From positions 12,586,001-12,650,000 of the forward strand of contig CM022669.1 of the NCBI GenBank assembly GCA_012295275.1: a stretch of DNA of 64,000 bases. Direction: 5' to 3'. The notes under the pieces were generated by a model. It was not told where the DNA came from, did no database searches, and worked only from the letters and a program-made list of their open reading frames with translations. This document shows positions 12,561-25,495 of this stretch, piece by piece. The position numbers and the translations under genes were made by a program. Numbering within the stretch: the first letter of the stretch is position 1; the number at the start of each line of letters is the position of its first letter. The DNA comes from Chrysomallon squamiferum (Eukaryota; Animalia; Mollusca).

Positions 12561-12971
12561 GCCGCAGTTTAATGAACACGTAAGATCAAACAGGAAAACA
12601 AAGTAAATAAATTGATTCAGGGTATAAAATTTCTTTTTTTTTCTGTTTCTTTCTTCTTCTTTTTTCTTTTTATTGAAGAATGTTGACTGATGACTGTTAA
12701 TCATTTATGTATAGATGAAGGATTAGTTTCGTACATCGACTAATTAATTCTATGTGCTGCATTTATATTTAAAACAAGAAAGAATTTGGAAAGAATCATA
12801 TCATTCTTTTGAAGTATGCTCTGCAATATTTTCAAGTTATCTTTGATTAATTTTTGTTTTTCTGTCCAGTCTTAATTAACATCATCTAAAGGGTAGAGTT
12901 TTACAACATGAGGGCACTACCATAATTTTAGTGTAATCGTTACGTCTTCGCGAATAAATTGTGAATATTTA

Positions 12972-13010
<39 letters not shown>

Positions 13011-13165
13011 ATATATATGCTTGTGTGTATTTATGCATATATGTACAAATAGCTGAAACAAGGAATTTAAGGAACCTATGTCTGTGTGTTTGTATGCTTT
13101 AGATAACATAAGGAGAGACAACGCTAGGCAAAGATCAGTTTGTATATAACATTGGGTTTTGTCTC
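12561..13165 (+). repeat. Segmental duplication, diverged copy of 1-610
   Basis: Collinear with the window start; the sequence after it resembles pieces of 33540-34740. Confidence 0.88.
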
Positions 13166-13444
13166 CCTTCGTACACAGAAGCAGAAATTTTATTTAAAAC
13201 GAATGACATTTCAATATGTAGTTACATATTGGAAGCCTGCTATAAATAAATAATTATAATTGTGAGTATTATTTATGGTTTCAATTTTGTTTCTAAAGTG
13301 AGATAAAACTTACTATTATCTGATGATATAATACTTAAACCTGTACAGATTCAAAATACGTAAAATTAATTAAACGCGTTTAACTTGGGGGTTCTTTAAA
13401 TTGTTTAAATATTTATGGGTACTGTTAACCAGTATGTGTGTGTA

Positions 13445-13577
13445 ATGTATGTATGTATGTATGTATGTATGTATGTATGTATGTATGTATGTATGTATGT
13501 ATGTATGTATGTATGTATGTATGTATGTATGTATGTATGTATGAATGTATGTATGTATGTATGTATGTATGTATGTA
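13445..13577. repeat. (ATGT)n microsatellite
   Basis: Direct read; related tract at 23157-23270. Confidence 0.98.
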
Positions 13578-13879
13578 TTTATGCACATATATGTCTATAT
13601 ATATATATGTATGTATGTATATTTAATGTTTACTTCATCACTGTAGGATTTCAAGAGTTTTTCAATCGAGTATGTCAACATATCTAAGAGTTTATATGAA
13701 CCAATTGGCCTCTTACAAAAGCGATATTAATTAATACCGTTCAGTTATTTATATCAAGGCCTATAGTGTAAGTTAGCTATGGAGAGGTTAAAGACAAATA
13801 ACTTTGTAATATCTTTATATATGTGTTTGTATTCGTATGTTCATGCGTGTGTGCTTGCATTCGTGTGTGTGTGTATTTG

Positions 13880-14613
13880 TTCTGAATATTCTTTCTGCAG
13901 GACGTGTCTTTTTTCAGAACCTGTCGATTACTCGAAAACAATTTTGTTGATGACTAAAGTGTTACACGATGAGAATAAAGGAAGGAAAAAGTCTGTAGAC
14001 ACAAAAGTGTATCCATGACCAAACCATTTTCTCGAACACTTCATTCTGCAGTGAAGCGCGTACATTTTCATTACTCTCTGTTTCAAGCGTATCACCCATC
14101 CAGATTTTATAATGACAAAATAACCATTGTTATAATAATGAGAAAGATTACGACAACAGTTGCACGTTTTCTACAAACAGCCACGTTGATGTGTAAACTG
14201 TCCAGTTAGCGGCCCATAAACGCAGCTTACAAGAGTAACACGTTCTGCACAAACAGATTTGACTTAATGCGAAAATAAAACTTAGAAACTCCTTTCACCG
14301 TCACCAATAGCCACGTTGATGTGTAAATTGTCCAGGGAAATATACTCTTAGAAAAACAACTGTACTGCCGAATGTCATAATGTACTAGTCGTACCAACCG
14401 AAATCTAAGCAAACCGGTACAGAGAACCAAACTCTCAAAGACTGCCAGGAATCTTAGATATATCCAGGTTGATGTGTGCTTCATCGACGACGGGATCAAA
14501 AGAACCAAAACCAGAATATAACCTACAAGACCGATGCCGATGAGAAACGGAAGCGCATATTGAAATAAATTATTTGAAATTTCATGTTCCTTATAGTCAG
14601 TGCAATTTGCCGT
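13880..14613 (-). pseudogene. Subtype-B GPCR pseudogene (longest B copy, TM1-TM5)
   Basis: Start codon is ACG at 14613 (xANCTDYKEHEISNNLFQYALPFLIGIGLVG), then SSMKHTSTWIYLRFLAVFESLVLCTGLLR, frameshifts, and TM5 remnant VWSWIHFCVYRLFPSFILIV; no TM6-TM7. Confidence 0.88.
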
Positions 14614-15056
14614 TGTGTTTTTGATTTCAAATGAATATAAACCTCACAAAAATGTACTGGAATACCAGTTACAAGTTAAAACCTGTAAAACGTTATTCTT
14701 ATATTATTATTTTTTTAACACCTTCTTTTTCTAAAAATGTTTAAGGACGTAATCCAAATACAATCAATGATTAATTGATTAGCTCATCTGAATTATATTA
14801 CTAGTTTACAGAAATAACTCAAAAGCTGATGTTGTATATTCCGCTATCATCACATTTGACAAAACGTCTTTCAGATTATCGAGCCGGAGTTTTCATAAAT
14901 TAGTGTGCATCGCTTTTCATTAAATAATAGTTTAACCTAAAACTAATTCATTCTGATCACTTTTAATTTATCCAAGTAAAAACAAAATATATACATAACA
15001 AAACATTTATTTAGATAAAGGTGTATACTGTGGTTTTAATTTATCTTTATACGTGT

Positions 15057-15094
<38 letters not shown>

Positions 15095-15473
15095 CTTTGT
15101 GTATCTGTGTGTATATATATTTATTAGGAATAAAATAAAATATATATAATATATGATACTCATGTTACATTTAATAAGTATCACTTGTTTTTCTGTTTAT
15201 TTTATTCTTTACCTGTTTTGCAAAAATACTGAAGTCATTGTATGGCGTTACTTGAAATATATAGTATCAGATATAGTTTTATTTGAGTACTCGTATTTTT
15301 CTCTCATTATGTACAGGATTCGTTTACTAGTATTATTTAACTGTCATCTTTATTCATAGTATAATAGTTTTTAATACTGAAGTGGAATATTTCTGTTTTG
15401 TGTATCTGAAAGACGTTCAACTAATATACCCTTCAATAAAGCCATATCCCTTTGCTAAAGGGAACACTAAATA

Positions 15474-15587
<114 letters not shown>

Positions 15588-16220
15588 CATACATACATAC
15601 ATTAAAATTCATTTTTGTATTGGCCTATAATTCGAAAGAATTACTCCGCCCATCACTTCAACATACAGCTGTCCAGTTATTTACACTTAACGAACAACTA
15701 ATATGAAGACATTCTATTCGACATTTCAGTTAATCCGTTATTCTTATGGGCGATTTATGTAACGTTTTTAGAGTTTAAATGAGTGGTCGTGATTTGTAGA
15801 AAAGACGCGAGGAAGCAGATATTAAAAAAACAGGAACAAACATAACAACAACGGATGGAGAACTGGCCTTATATTTCCAATTTTCCATTCATTTTGGATA
15901 TATATTTGGTCAACCATTTATAGCAAAATTTTGTAACAGTAACATCAATAACCGCAGCAACAAGAACGGATAGAAAACCTGTTTGATAACTGAGTTTTTC
16001 CATTTTTATTAAGGACGACTGAAGAACATTTCATAAACTACAAAACTGGGAGTCATTACGATATAAATCTGGTTTCAGTTAAAAACAACTGCAACTATCG
16101 GTATATCATTACCAAGAACAGAAACAGAATTGTTTTTTCAGTTAGTCTTTTTTCCTAAGTAATACTGGATTTAAATTAAAAAGAGGAAATTGCATATAAT
16201 AATTATAGTAAACTGGAAAT

Positions 16221-17261
16221 ATGACTGAGTTATCCGAATTTCCTGAATACAGAGCTGCTGTTGCTGTTTGGAAATACGTTCCGCCGTTCATGCTGACACT
16301 AGGACTGGTGGGTAACACTTTAGCGTTCATTGTCTTGTCATGGTCATCATCAATGCGAGAAACGACAATGTCGCTGTATTTGAGATGTCTGGCTGTCTTC
16401 GACAGTCTCGTTCTCTGTACTGGCTTGTTAAGACTCTGGTTAAGATATCTAGTTAACTACGACATCAGAACATACAGCCCGACTGCATGCAGACTGCACG
16501 TGTGGGCGACCTATTCGACGGTTTACACGTCAGCGTGGTTGTTGGTATCGGTGACGCTGGAAAGATGTTTATCTGTCTGGTTTCCACATAAAATAAGAAT
16601 GATATGTACAAGACGTGTAACTGCTGTTATAATTGTGTCCATAATTTTAATAATGGCCATTTTCCCAGCACATTACATTTTTGGACTCGGCGACTTTGAA
16701 GAAACCGAAGGAAATGAGACATATATTCTTCACTGTGATATGTATTCCAGATGAGTACGACGACATTTGAGGCTCTGAATTTGGCCATGGATTGATTTTT
16801 CTATCTATAGTTTCATACCTTCCTTTATTCTCATCGTATGTAACATTTTAATTATATTCAAAATTGTTTCTGGTAATCAGATTTTGAAGAATGACACGTC
16901 CAATGGAAACAACATTCAGAACAGATCTGCATCAGTTCGACGAAATCAGAACTCATCCATCACATTCATGTTACTTTTCGTAAGTGCGACGTACGTACTT
17001 TGTACAACTCCTTTTTGTGTTTCTGTCATAAAGTACAATATTTTTTTTACCAAATTTGAAAATGTTCGGGACGAGGCAGTAGATGAATTGAGATGGTCCA
17101 TAGAAAACATTTTGATGTACACAAACAACTGTATCAATTTTGTTTTATACTGCAGTTCTGGACAACGATTTCGACAAGAACTGAGGACTTTGTTTTGTGG
17201 TCGTAAGCGGAGACAGTCTGAGATCTACAATGTGCCGGTGACCCAGAGTCACACTGTATAA
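16221..17261 (+). pseudogene. Subtype-A GPCR, full length but with two in-frame stops in ECL2 (possible assembly artefact)
   Basis: ORFs 16221-16754 and 16884-17261 are in the same frame and span 1041 nt like the intact genes; stops at 16752 and 16776 lie in a 40-bp stretch carrying three extra A bases. Confidence 0.85.
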
Positions 17262-17893
17262 TCTAAGCATTGAGTTAATTGTGTATTGTTTGGTTTAATT
17301 ATTATTTATAACCACTTTACGAATACTGACAATGTGCACTTCAGAGAAAAACGAAAACAAAGATAGTGTGTCAAATTGGTGCAGGATACTTGTAATGAAC
17401 TAATTGATGTTTTCAGTTTTTCTATTTATTCTACTTTATTTGTTAACATTCAACATATTCATGTTTTACCTTTTAGACAGACCAAAATGTTTTCTTTTAA
17501 TAATAGTCGAGATAACAGATTTTATGGAATACACTAAATATAGATTTTATCAAGGATTATTTAGGAGACAATTGCTGGTACATATTATTGTTTTTATTAA
17601 CAATGATCAGTATGACTCTCTCTCTCTTTTTTTTATGCTTTACATCAATGTACTGTTCTGACACAGGTAACAACAAAACACAAATGGAGAATAATAAAAT
17701 GTTTCGATTGTAACATTATATTTCTTTGCGAGCCATATGTACATGAAACTTTTATTTTTATCCTGAAAATTAATTTTAAGAGTTTCATCAAATTCTTGGG
17801 CACACTAAATATAGATTTTTTAAGAGATAAATAAGGATTATTTAGGAGACAAAAGCTGCTACACATTATTGTTTTTATTAACAATGATCAACA

Positions 17894-18014
<121 letters not shown>

Positions 18015-18082
18015 TGTAATAAGTTTAAAAGCTTTATAAATTTCTTGATAAGTATCAGAAAAAGTTCATTTCAGAATGTTTC

Positions 18083-18185
<103 letters not shown>

Positions 18186-18207
18186 TTTAGCAATTACATA
18201 CAACATC

Positions 18208-18438
18208 AACGGGATCAACGTCTTTACTTTAATTTCAACTGATGAAACGAAGGTTTACATCTACCAGAATGGCGAGAAACACTCAATAATGTGAGTGTGC
18301 ACCAGCGGCATTGATGACAACAGTACATCGTCGTGTCATGCTTCTAATGAGAGCATTAATCTATCTTATCTTGGAGTAGATAATCGTGGTCTACCAGAAC
18401 GTGGTCGATCTCGCACTTCCCCTGTTTGATGTACGCGT
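18208..18438 (-). mobile_element. Old Tc1/mariner transposase relic (unit copy)
   Basis: Minus strand reads QTGEVRDRPRSGRPRLSTPR*DRL, the GRPR linker of Tc1 transposases; same block at 32.5, 42.3 and 59.8 kb. Confidence 0.75.
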
Positions 18439-18993
18439 TATAGATATATATAATGGGCGAAGTTCATTTCAGAATGTTTTAAAATAATAATAATAATAAT
18501 AACTAAAATAAAAGAATTGAAAAGAAAAGAAAAGAATTAGAAATTCGATGTCAGATACCTAATTAAAATTTAACTGGGGAAATGTGAAGAAATAGTCTTA
18601 ATGTATTTTGCATAGGTCTGTTTCGCGTTCTGTGCAGTCTTAATTAATAACGAAGAGTAGAGACAAAACAATATTTAGGCGTTATTATTATTTTACACAG
18701 TCGTTACGTCATCTCGTACAAGTCGGATCTAGTTGCTATAAAGTTCTTTTCAGCGCCAGAAAAATACGGTTATCAGTCTTCTGTATACACAGTGACGTCA
18801 CGTTTGCAGTTGTAAAGGGATGAAATGGCTGTGTTCAGATGTTTTGTAACAATATTGTACTGCCATGCATTATTATCTACAATTAAATGTCGCCCAAAAT
18901 AATAACTTGGATGAACAAAGAATATTTATTAGGCCAGTTATTCAGACCTTCAAAAGTATACTTTAACTCAATCTCGTAAGGTAACGTAGAAGA

Positions 18994-19026
<33 letters not shown>

Positions 19027-20975
19027 AAAATAAAATTGAAAATAGCATCAGTCACATTATGAGAGCTTTTTAAAAGAAAAAAAACAAAACGGAAGTAATG
19101 AGAGCTGTTCTAAATATATACAACCAGAAATTGAAGACATCTCAAAACCTTGTGATCAAAGACTTTGACAAACTAGCGAAATCTAACATTTTGACAATAC
19201 GATTCACTCTGTGTATAATTTAAGAAAGTAACTATTTATTATCTACAAATCAGTGTAAATTAGACACGCTATTTCACATATTAAACTTTATATATATGTA
19301 TCTAAGTGTTAAGATCAGATTGGTACGCAAATGTTCATTGTGATGTAGAAATTTTGTATTCACCTTTGAGTAGTGAACTTATGTTCTAAGCCTTGATGAA
19401 CCTTTATTATTAATATATAAATATTTTCAAAGGAAATATCAGAATAAGCTGAAATAAAAAATAAGTATAAAGAAGAAGATGATTATTAATAACATTTCTG
19501 AAAGACGACATTCGGTTTACATATAAGCTTTAAAATCTTAGCTGACACTTGTTGGTATACCCAAAGACTGTTAATAATCAAATGTACATAATCTTATTTT
19601 TAACTATTGTGTCAGTGTTTGTTTATTTAAACTAATCGAAATCATGAATACAGAGTTTGATGAAGACGACTGTGATGTTTGTTTTTAATATATATTTTAG
19701 TCGTAAAAAAGCCAACGCAACTATTTAATCAGTTTTAAGACGTTCCAGGTAAAAACAAAGAAAATAATAATAATAATAAAAAAAATATATATAATAATAA
19801 TAAAAGAATAGTTAATTAATTTCATGCATGTAAATTTGTATTACTTCAGGAAAAACAAAACAAAAACAACAACAAAATCAAAAGAAATAAATATTCCTAA
19901 TTAGTTTGATTAATTTCTAACTGAAAAACATTTTAGTCGATGAAATAAAATTGTTAACAGAGACAAAAAGACAAAGGACTTGTATCTTTTTCTCTGTTTT
20001 GAACATAAACAGAAGGCAATTACATGTTTGTCTTTTCTGTTTACTCGTGAACTAAAAAGTCTGTTGTTTGGAAAAATATGCAAAATTATTTATAAAGGTG
20101 GGGGAGAAAAATTGTCTTTGTCGGTGTCCAGGCCTAAGAAGAACAAAAAAATGAAATTTAATAGGATATTTGAATGAAAAACAAAAATTTGATTTCATCT
20201 TTAAATATTCAGTAAAAAGAGAATGTCGCTGAAATTTTATTATTGATAAAATTTTATCTTAATAATTTTTTTCCCTGAAAGTAGTTTATTAGCGTTAATG
20301 TGTTTAGTGTATGGAATTAATTAAGATGTTTAGATAAAAAATTCATAACTATTTTCCAGCTATATTCAGTGTCAGAAAAGATTTTTTCAAAGGCATCAAT
20401 TAGTTTGTTTCGATTGCTGTCTTGCGTTATAAATTATAAAAAAATAACAATAATAATAATTCAAACGTTTTATTTTATTATTATTTTTTGCATTATGCTA
20501 GAAGCCCATGGCCCTTTTATATTATGAGTACGTGGATTATAGACAGCACAGCCCACTTACAAATCCAGCACTCTTTACTTAATAAAATAAAATTAAAACA
20601 GCAGTAGCAATAATAACAAAAAAATAATAACAAAAGAAAACAATAAAATAAAGTGACAAAACGACAATTAGCATAGCCATGGCAAATAAAAAAAAAAAAA
20701 AAAAAAATAATAATAATAATAATAATAATTTTAAATGTGTTGTTGTTATTATTTTTATAATGCTAGAAGACCGAGAACCTTTTATATTATGAATACGTGG
20801 ACTACAGACAGCTCAGCCCACTTACAAATCCAACACTGTTTACTGTAATAAAATAAAACAACAGCAAAAGTAAAGAAAACTAAATAAAACAACAGATACA
20901 AAACCAAAACAGATTTCTTTTTTAATTCGACTGAACGACCATTAAGATATTAACATCAAAATGATGATGATGATG

Positions 20976-21032
<57 letters not shown>

Positions 21033-22858
21033 TAATTACTAAATAAAACTAAAACAATCCCGCCCTTACAGCAAGAACAACAACAAAGATTCACTCACAA
21101 TATTCGAATGCAACAAACTGGATAACAAAGCGTTAACTTTCTCTAAACATACTGCCCTTTCGTACTTGGAAATAATTAAAATGGAAAAGGAAAATGAAGT
21201 ATCCGTTGTTGTTGCTGTGGCTGCTGCTGTTGTTGTTACATTTGGATATCGAAAATTATCTGTCTGTTGTTGTTGTTGTTGTTTCTGTCTAATCTGAAAT
21301 TAATGTTTACAAAGTAGAACATACTGATTTATAGACTGAGAAACTTTATAAATCAACGAGTAGAATAATGGAAAAATGTCAGATGTCGAATAGAAACTGT
21401 TTTTCTAATTGGGATGTCGAGTGTAACCAACAGGACTGCTGTGTATTGATTTAAAACATTTTAGCACAGCCTTTTCTAAGTAAAAATTTCGTTACGTGGA
21501 TAGTTTACGTTTATTTGGGTAATCTTAAAATATATCTGGATACATTTACGACATATTAAACTGTTATTAATGAAACATATAGATTAAGCTATAAACAAAA
21601 TTATGTTTTATGTTGCAATTTTACAGTATTGATTTTATTCTTCGATGCAAATAACTGTATGTATTCAAAATTTTGATTTATTTTAACAATTATACAACAG
21701 ACCAAAATAAGATGATGTATATTTCATTATTTATAATGTTTTTCATTCGAGTATGTCAAGATATCTAAGATTTTATATAAATGTTACAGAAGCGATATCA
21801 GTTAATAGCGTTCTGGTATTTACATCAAGGCCTGTTGTCTAAGTTTGATCTAGATTATCTCTTTGTATACAAATGAACAAATCCGTTCAATATAAACGAG
21901 CAACCACAAACCACATGTATCCCGGTTCTTAGTAAACACTGGTTTAATACTTAGACTGGACTACGTAACATGATCTTCAAAGGTCAAGTTAATATTTATA
22001 CATTTCCGTCCAAGAATATATCAAAGTAGGTAGTTTTAATAATTAAGTAATAATTTCTTCTTCTTCTTCTTATTATTATTACTTGTTTGTTTCAATAATA
22101 ACATTATCATCATGCAAATAAAGAATAACATACAATCATTTTTTTATTTTGACGACTTTATTTAATTTCAACAGTTTTATTAGCAACGACACATCACTGA
22201 AAAAAAAAAAAAAAAAAAAAAAAAAAGAGAGAAAAATTGTAAATGCTACTTCACAGTCACATCAGTAGATACGTGTTTTCTAAATTTATTATAAGTCTTG
22301 TTAGTGCCTTTGAGGTTAAATACGTTTGATGATTTTGTTAAAAAAAGAAATAATTCTAAAACACGGTTACCTAGGAAAATGCAGAGTGTTGTCACATACA
22401 GGTCTCATTTGTTCTTTGCGAAAAGATCGCCAGAGATCGAAAAACGCGACCAGACTCTGCAGACGTACGTCAGTACACAGACAGCTGAAACGCCCATCTA
22501 GTGACGCTGTCTTATATACCTACTTTAATATATCAGTGATCAATAATGATATTAATAGGCCACAAATTACTCAGAATAAATATACATTTTAAATCTACGT
22601 ACCCTTCCGACAAATATGACATTAAACAGAATAAACCACAATGTTATTATACTGTTATATCTTATACCAGAATAGAAATTTGCTCTAGAAATATAAAAGT
22701 TATTTTACACTGGAGACAAGACACTTGACATTATTTATAGGTACAACATCCAGCTGTACTCTAGAGACCTCATCAGCAAAATAATCCTGACTGAAGTATA
22801 GATAACACCTGCGGCTAAAGCCACTGTTTTTAAAAAATAAATAAATACCCAAAGAAAA

Positions 22859-22909
<51 letters not shown>

Positions 22910-22921
22910 TATATATACACA

Positions 22922-23154
22922 CATGGTGTCCTAGATGTAACCGAAACCGAAAGCTCAATCGATGATCACTGATTTCAAGTCTGCTTAACGAAATACCGAA
23001 GCGATCGATATCAACCATTGAACGATGTCATCACTGTATTACAAATAATGGTTTGCATTTTGAACATTTGCTGTAACTATATGAAATAAAATTTGTTTTA
23101 TTTAACTGTAACTTTTCATAACAATTCAGGTTCGGTTACATCTGGGCCACCCTG
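22922..23154. mobile_element. MITE with about 24-bp terminal inverted repeats (Tc1/mariner-like ends)
   Basis: Left CATGGTGTCCTAGATGTAACCGAA; right TTCGGTTACATCTGGGCCACCCTG (reverse complement CAGGGTGGCCCAGATGTAACCGAA); no coding capacity; flanked by TA-rich microsatellites. Confidence 0.8.
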
Positions 23155-23186
<32 letters not shown>

Positions 23187-23208
23187 TGTATGTATGTATG
23201 TATGTATG

Positions 23209-23257
<49 letters not shown>

Positions 23258-23549
23258 GTATGTATGTATATATATTACATCTTAAATTATTAATATAAAC
23301 AATACCACATATTAGCACGATAAACTAATGTTTTTATCAGGTAAACACTATAACGATTTCTCAGACATCGAGAACAACTACGGGAAACAGTAAGTCCTGA
23401 GGAGATCATTATCAGTAAGTTCCTCACAGAAAGTTAACACAATGACTTCATGTTTTTTCTTTGAAAGGTTCATCGTCAGTATTAGTAAAGAGGTTATAAA
23501 TATTCTAATAATAATGAATAAACATCAGACCATTAATTGAAGGTTTATT

Positions 23550-24590
23550 TTACACAGTGTGACCCTGGGTCACCGGCACATTGTAGATTTCAGACTGTCT
23601 CCGCTCACGACCACAAAACAAAGTTCTCAGTTCTTGTCGAAATCGTTGTCCAGTACTGCAGTATAACACAAAATTGATACAGTTGTTTGTGTACACCAAA
23701 ATGTTGACCAGGCACCATAATAATTCGTCTACTGCCTCGTCCCGAACATTTTCAAACTCGGTAAGAATAATATTTGTATATATGATTGTTACACAAACAG
23801 GAGTTGTACAAATTACATACGTCGCACTTACGACTAGTAACATGAATGTGATGGATGAGGATTGATTTCGTCGAACTGATGCAGATCTGTTCTGAATATT
23901 GTTTCCACTGGATGCATCATTCTGCAAAATCTGTCGATTACCAGAAAAAATTTTGTATATGATTAAAATGTTACACATGATGAGAATAAAGGATGGTAAG
24001 AAATTATAGATAGAAAAATCTATCCATGGCCAAACTTTGAGCTCAAATTCATAGTACTCTTCTGTAATATAATCACACTGAACAATATATGTCTCATTTC
24101 CTTCGGTTCCTTCAAACTTTAGGATTCCAAAAATGTAATGTGCTGGGAAAACGGCCATTATTAAAATTATGGACACAATTATAACAATAGCTACACGTCT
24201 CGTACATATCATTCTTACTTTATGTGGAAACCAGACAGACAAACATCTTTCCAATGTCACCGCCACCAACAACCAGGCTGACGTGTACAGGGAGAAATGG
24301 GCCGCCCATATTTGCAGCTTGCATATAGTCGTGCCGTATGTTCTGCTATCTAAATCGAATAGATGTTTTAACCAAAGTTTTAACAAGCCAGTACAGAGAG
24401 CGAGACTGTCGAAGACAGCCAGACATCTCAAAAACAGCGACATTGTCGTTTCGCGCATTGATGATGACCATTGCAAAACAATGAACGCCAAAGTGTTACC
24501 CACCAGTCCTAGTGTCAGCATGAACGGCGGAACGTATTTCCAAATAGCAACAGAAGCTCTATATTCAGGAAAGTCGGATATCTCAGTCAT
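23550..24590 (-). CDS. Intronless class A GPCR, subtype A copy 2 (346 aa, intact)
   Basis: Full ORF, same 7TM motifs, aligns to copy 1 without gaps. Confidence 0.93.
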   Translation of the reverse strand: MTEISDFPEYRASVAIWKYVPPFMLTLGLVGNTLAFIVLQWSSSMRETTMSLFLRCLAVFDSLALCTGLLKLWLKHLFDLDSRTYGTTICKLQIWAAHFSLYTSAWLLVAVTLERCLSVWFPHKVRMICTRRVAIVIIVSIILIMAVFPAHYIFGILKFEGTEGNETYIVQCDYITEEYYEFELKVWPWIDFSIYNFLPSFILIMCNILIIYKIFSGNRQILQNDASSGNNIQNRSASVRRNQSSSITFMLLVVSATYVICTTPVCVTIIYTNIILTEFENVRDEAVDELLWCLVNILVYTNNCINFVLYCSTGQRFRQELRTLFCGRERRQSEIYNVPVTQGHTV

Positions 24591-25495
24591 GGTTCTTTAG
24601 TGAAATTGTTTGTGACTATATTCAGTGACTATATTCAGTTACCTGTTTTTAATTTAAGGAGTTAAATCCAATATTAATTAGAAACGAAGAGAAACTAAAA
24701 TTCTAAATTCAAACGGTTTCGATTGTTGATTGCGATATCTGTGCAGCGCTACTTCTTGTTGATGATAATATGAACCAAACTTATGTCGAAGTTACTAGGT
24801 CTGTTCTCTAGTTTACGAAATGTTCTCTACGCGTCCTTAAGAAAAATGAAAAAAAGTCTCAAACAGTTTTCCTATCCGTTCTTGTTGCTGGCGCTGCTGG
24901 TGTTGTTACAAATACATATCAAAATTCTCGCTCTGTTGTTGTTGTTCTTACTGTCAAATCTCAAATTAATGTTTATAAATTAAAGTTCGCTGTTTTATAG
25001 CGTTAGAAATATTATAAGTCGACGGGGTAATAACGGAAAAATTTCAAATGTCGAATAGAAACTGGTTTTCTAATTGGTTTGTCAAGTGTAACCAACAGAA
25101 CTGCTGTGTATTGATTTAAAACAGTTTAGCACAGCCTTTTACAAATTTCGTTTCCTGGATAGTTTACGTTTGTTTGGGTAATCTTAAAATCTATCTGGAT
25201 ACATTTACGACATATTAAGTCGATGGGAAGAATAACGGAAAAATTTCAAATGTCGAACAGAAACTGGCTATCTAATTGGTTTGTTAAGTGTTACCAACAG
25301 GAGTGCTCTGTATTAATTTAATGGGCGGAGTAATTATTACGTATTATAGGCCACCCGTAAATACGTAAATCTATCTATCTATCTGTGTATGTATGTACAT
25401 ACACATGTATCTGTGTGTGTACATTGTGTCTGTGTTTTTAGTATACATAAAGACAAGATAAATTCTTACTGATAAAAAATGTATATATATATATA

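Noticed and set aside
16740-16778. Programmed frameshifting, stop readthrough or a micro-intron
   Set aside because: No slippery site is evident, three separate shifts would be needed, and splicing would delete conserved ECL2 residues.
24169-24600. Antisense ORFs within the GPCR genes
   Set aside because: Shadow frames of the real coding strand, with lengths varying between copies.
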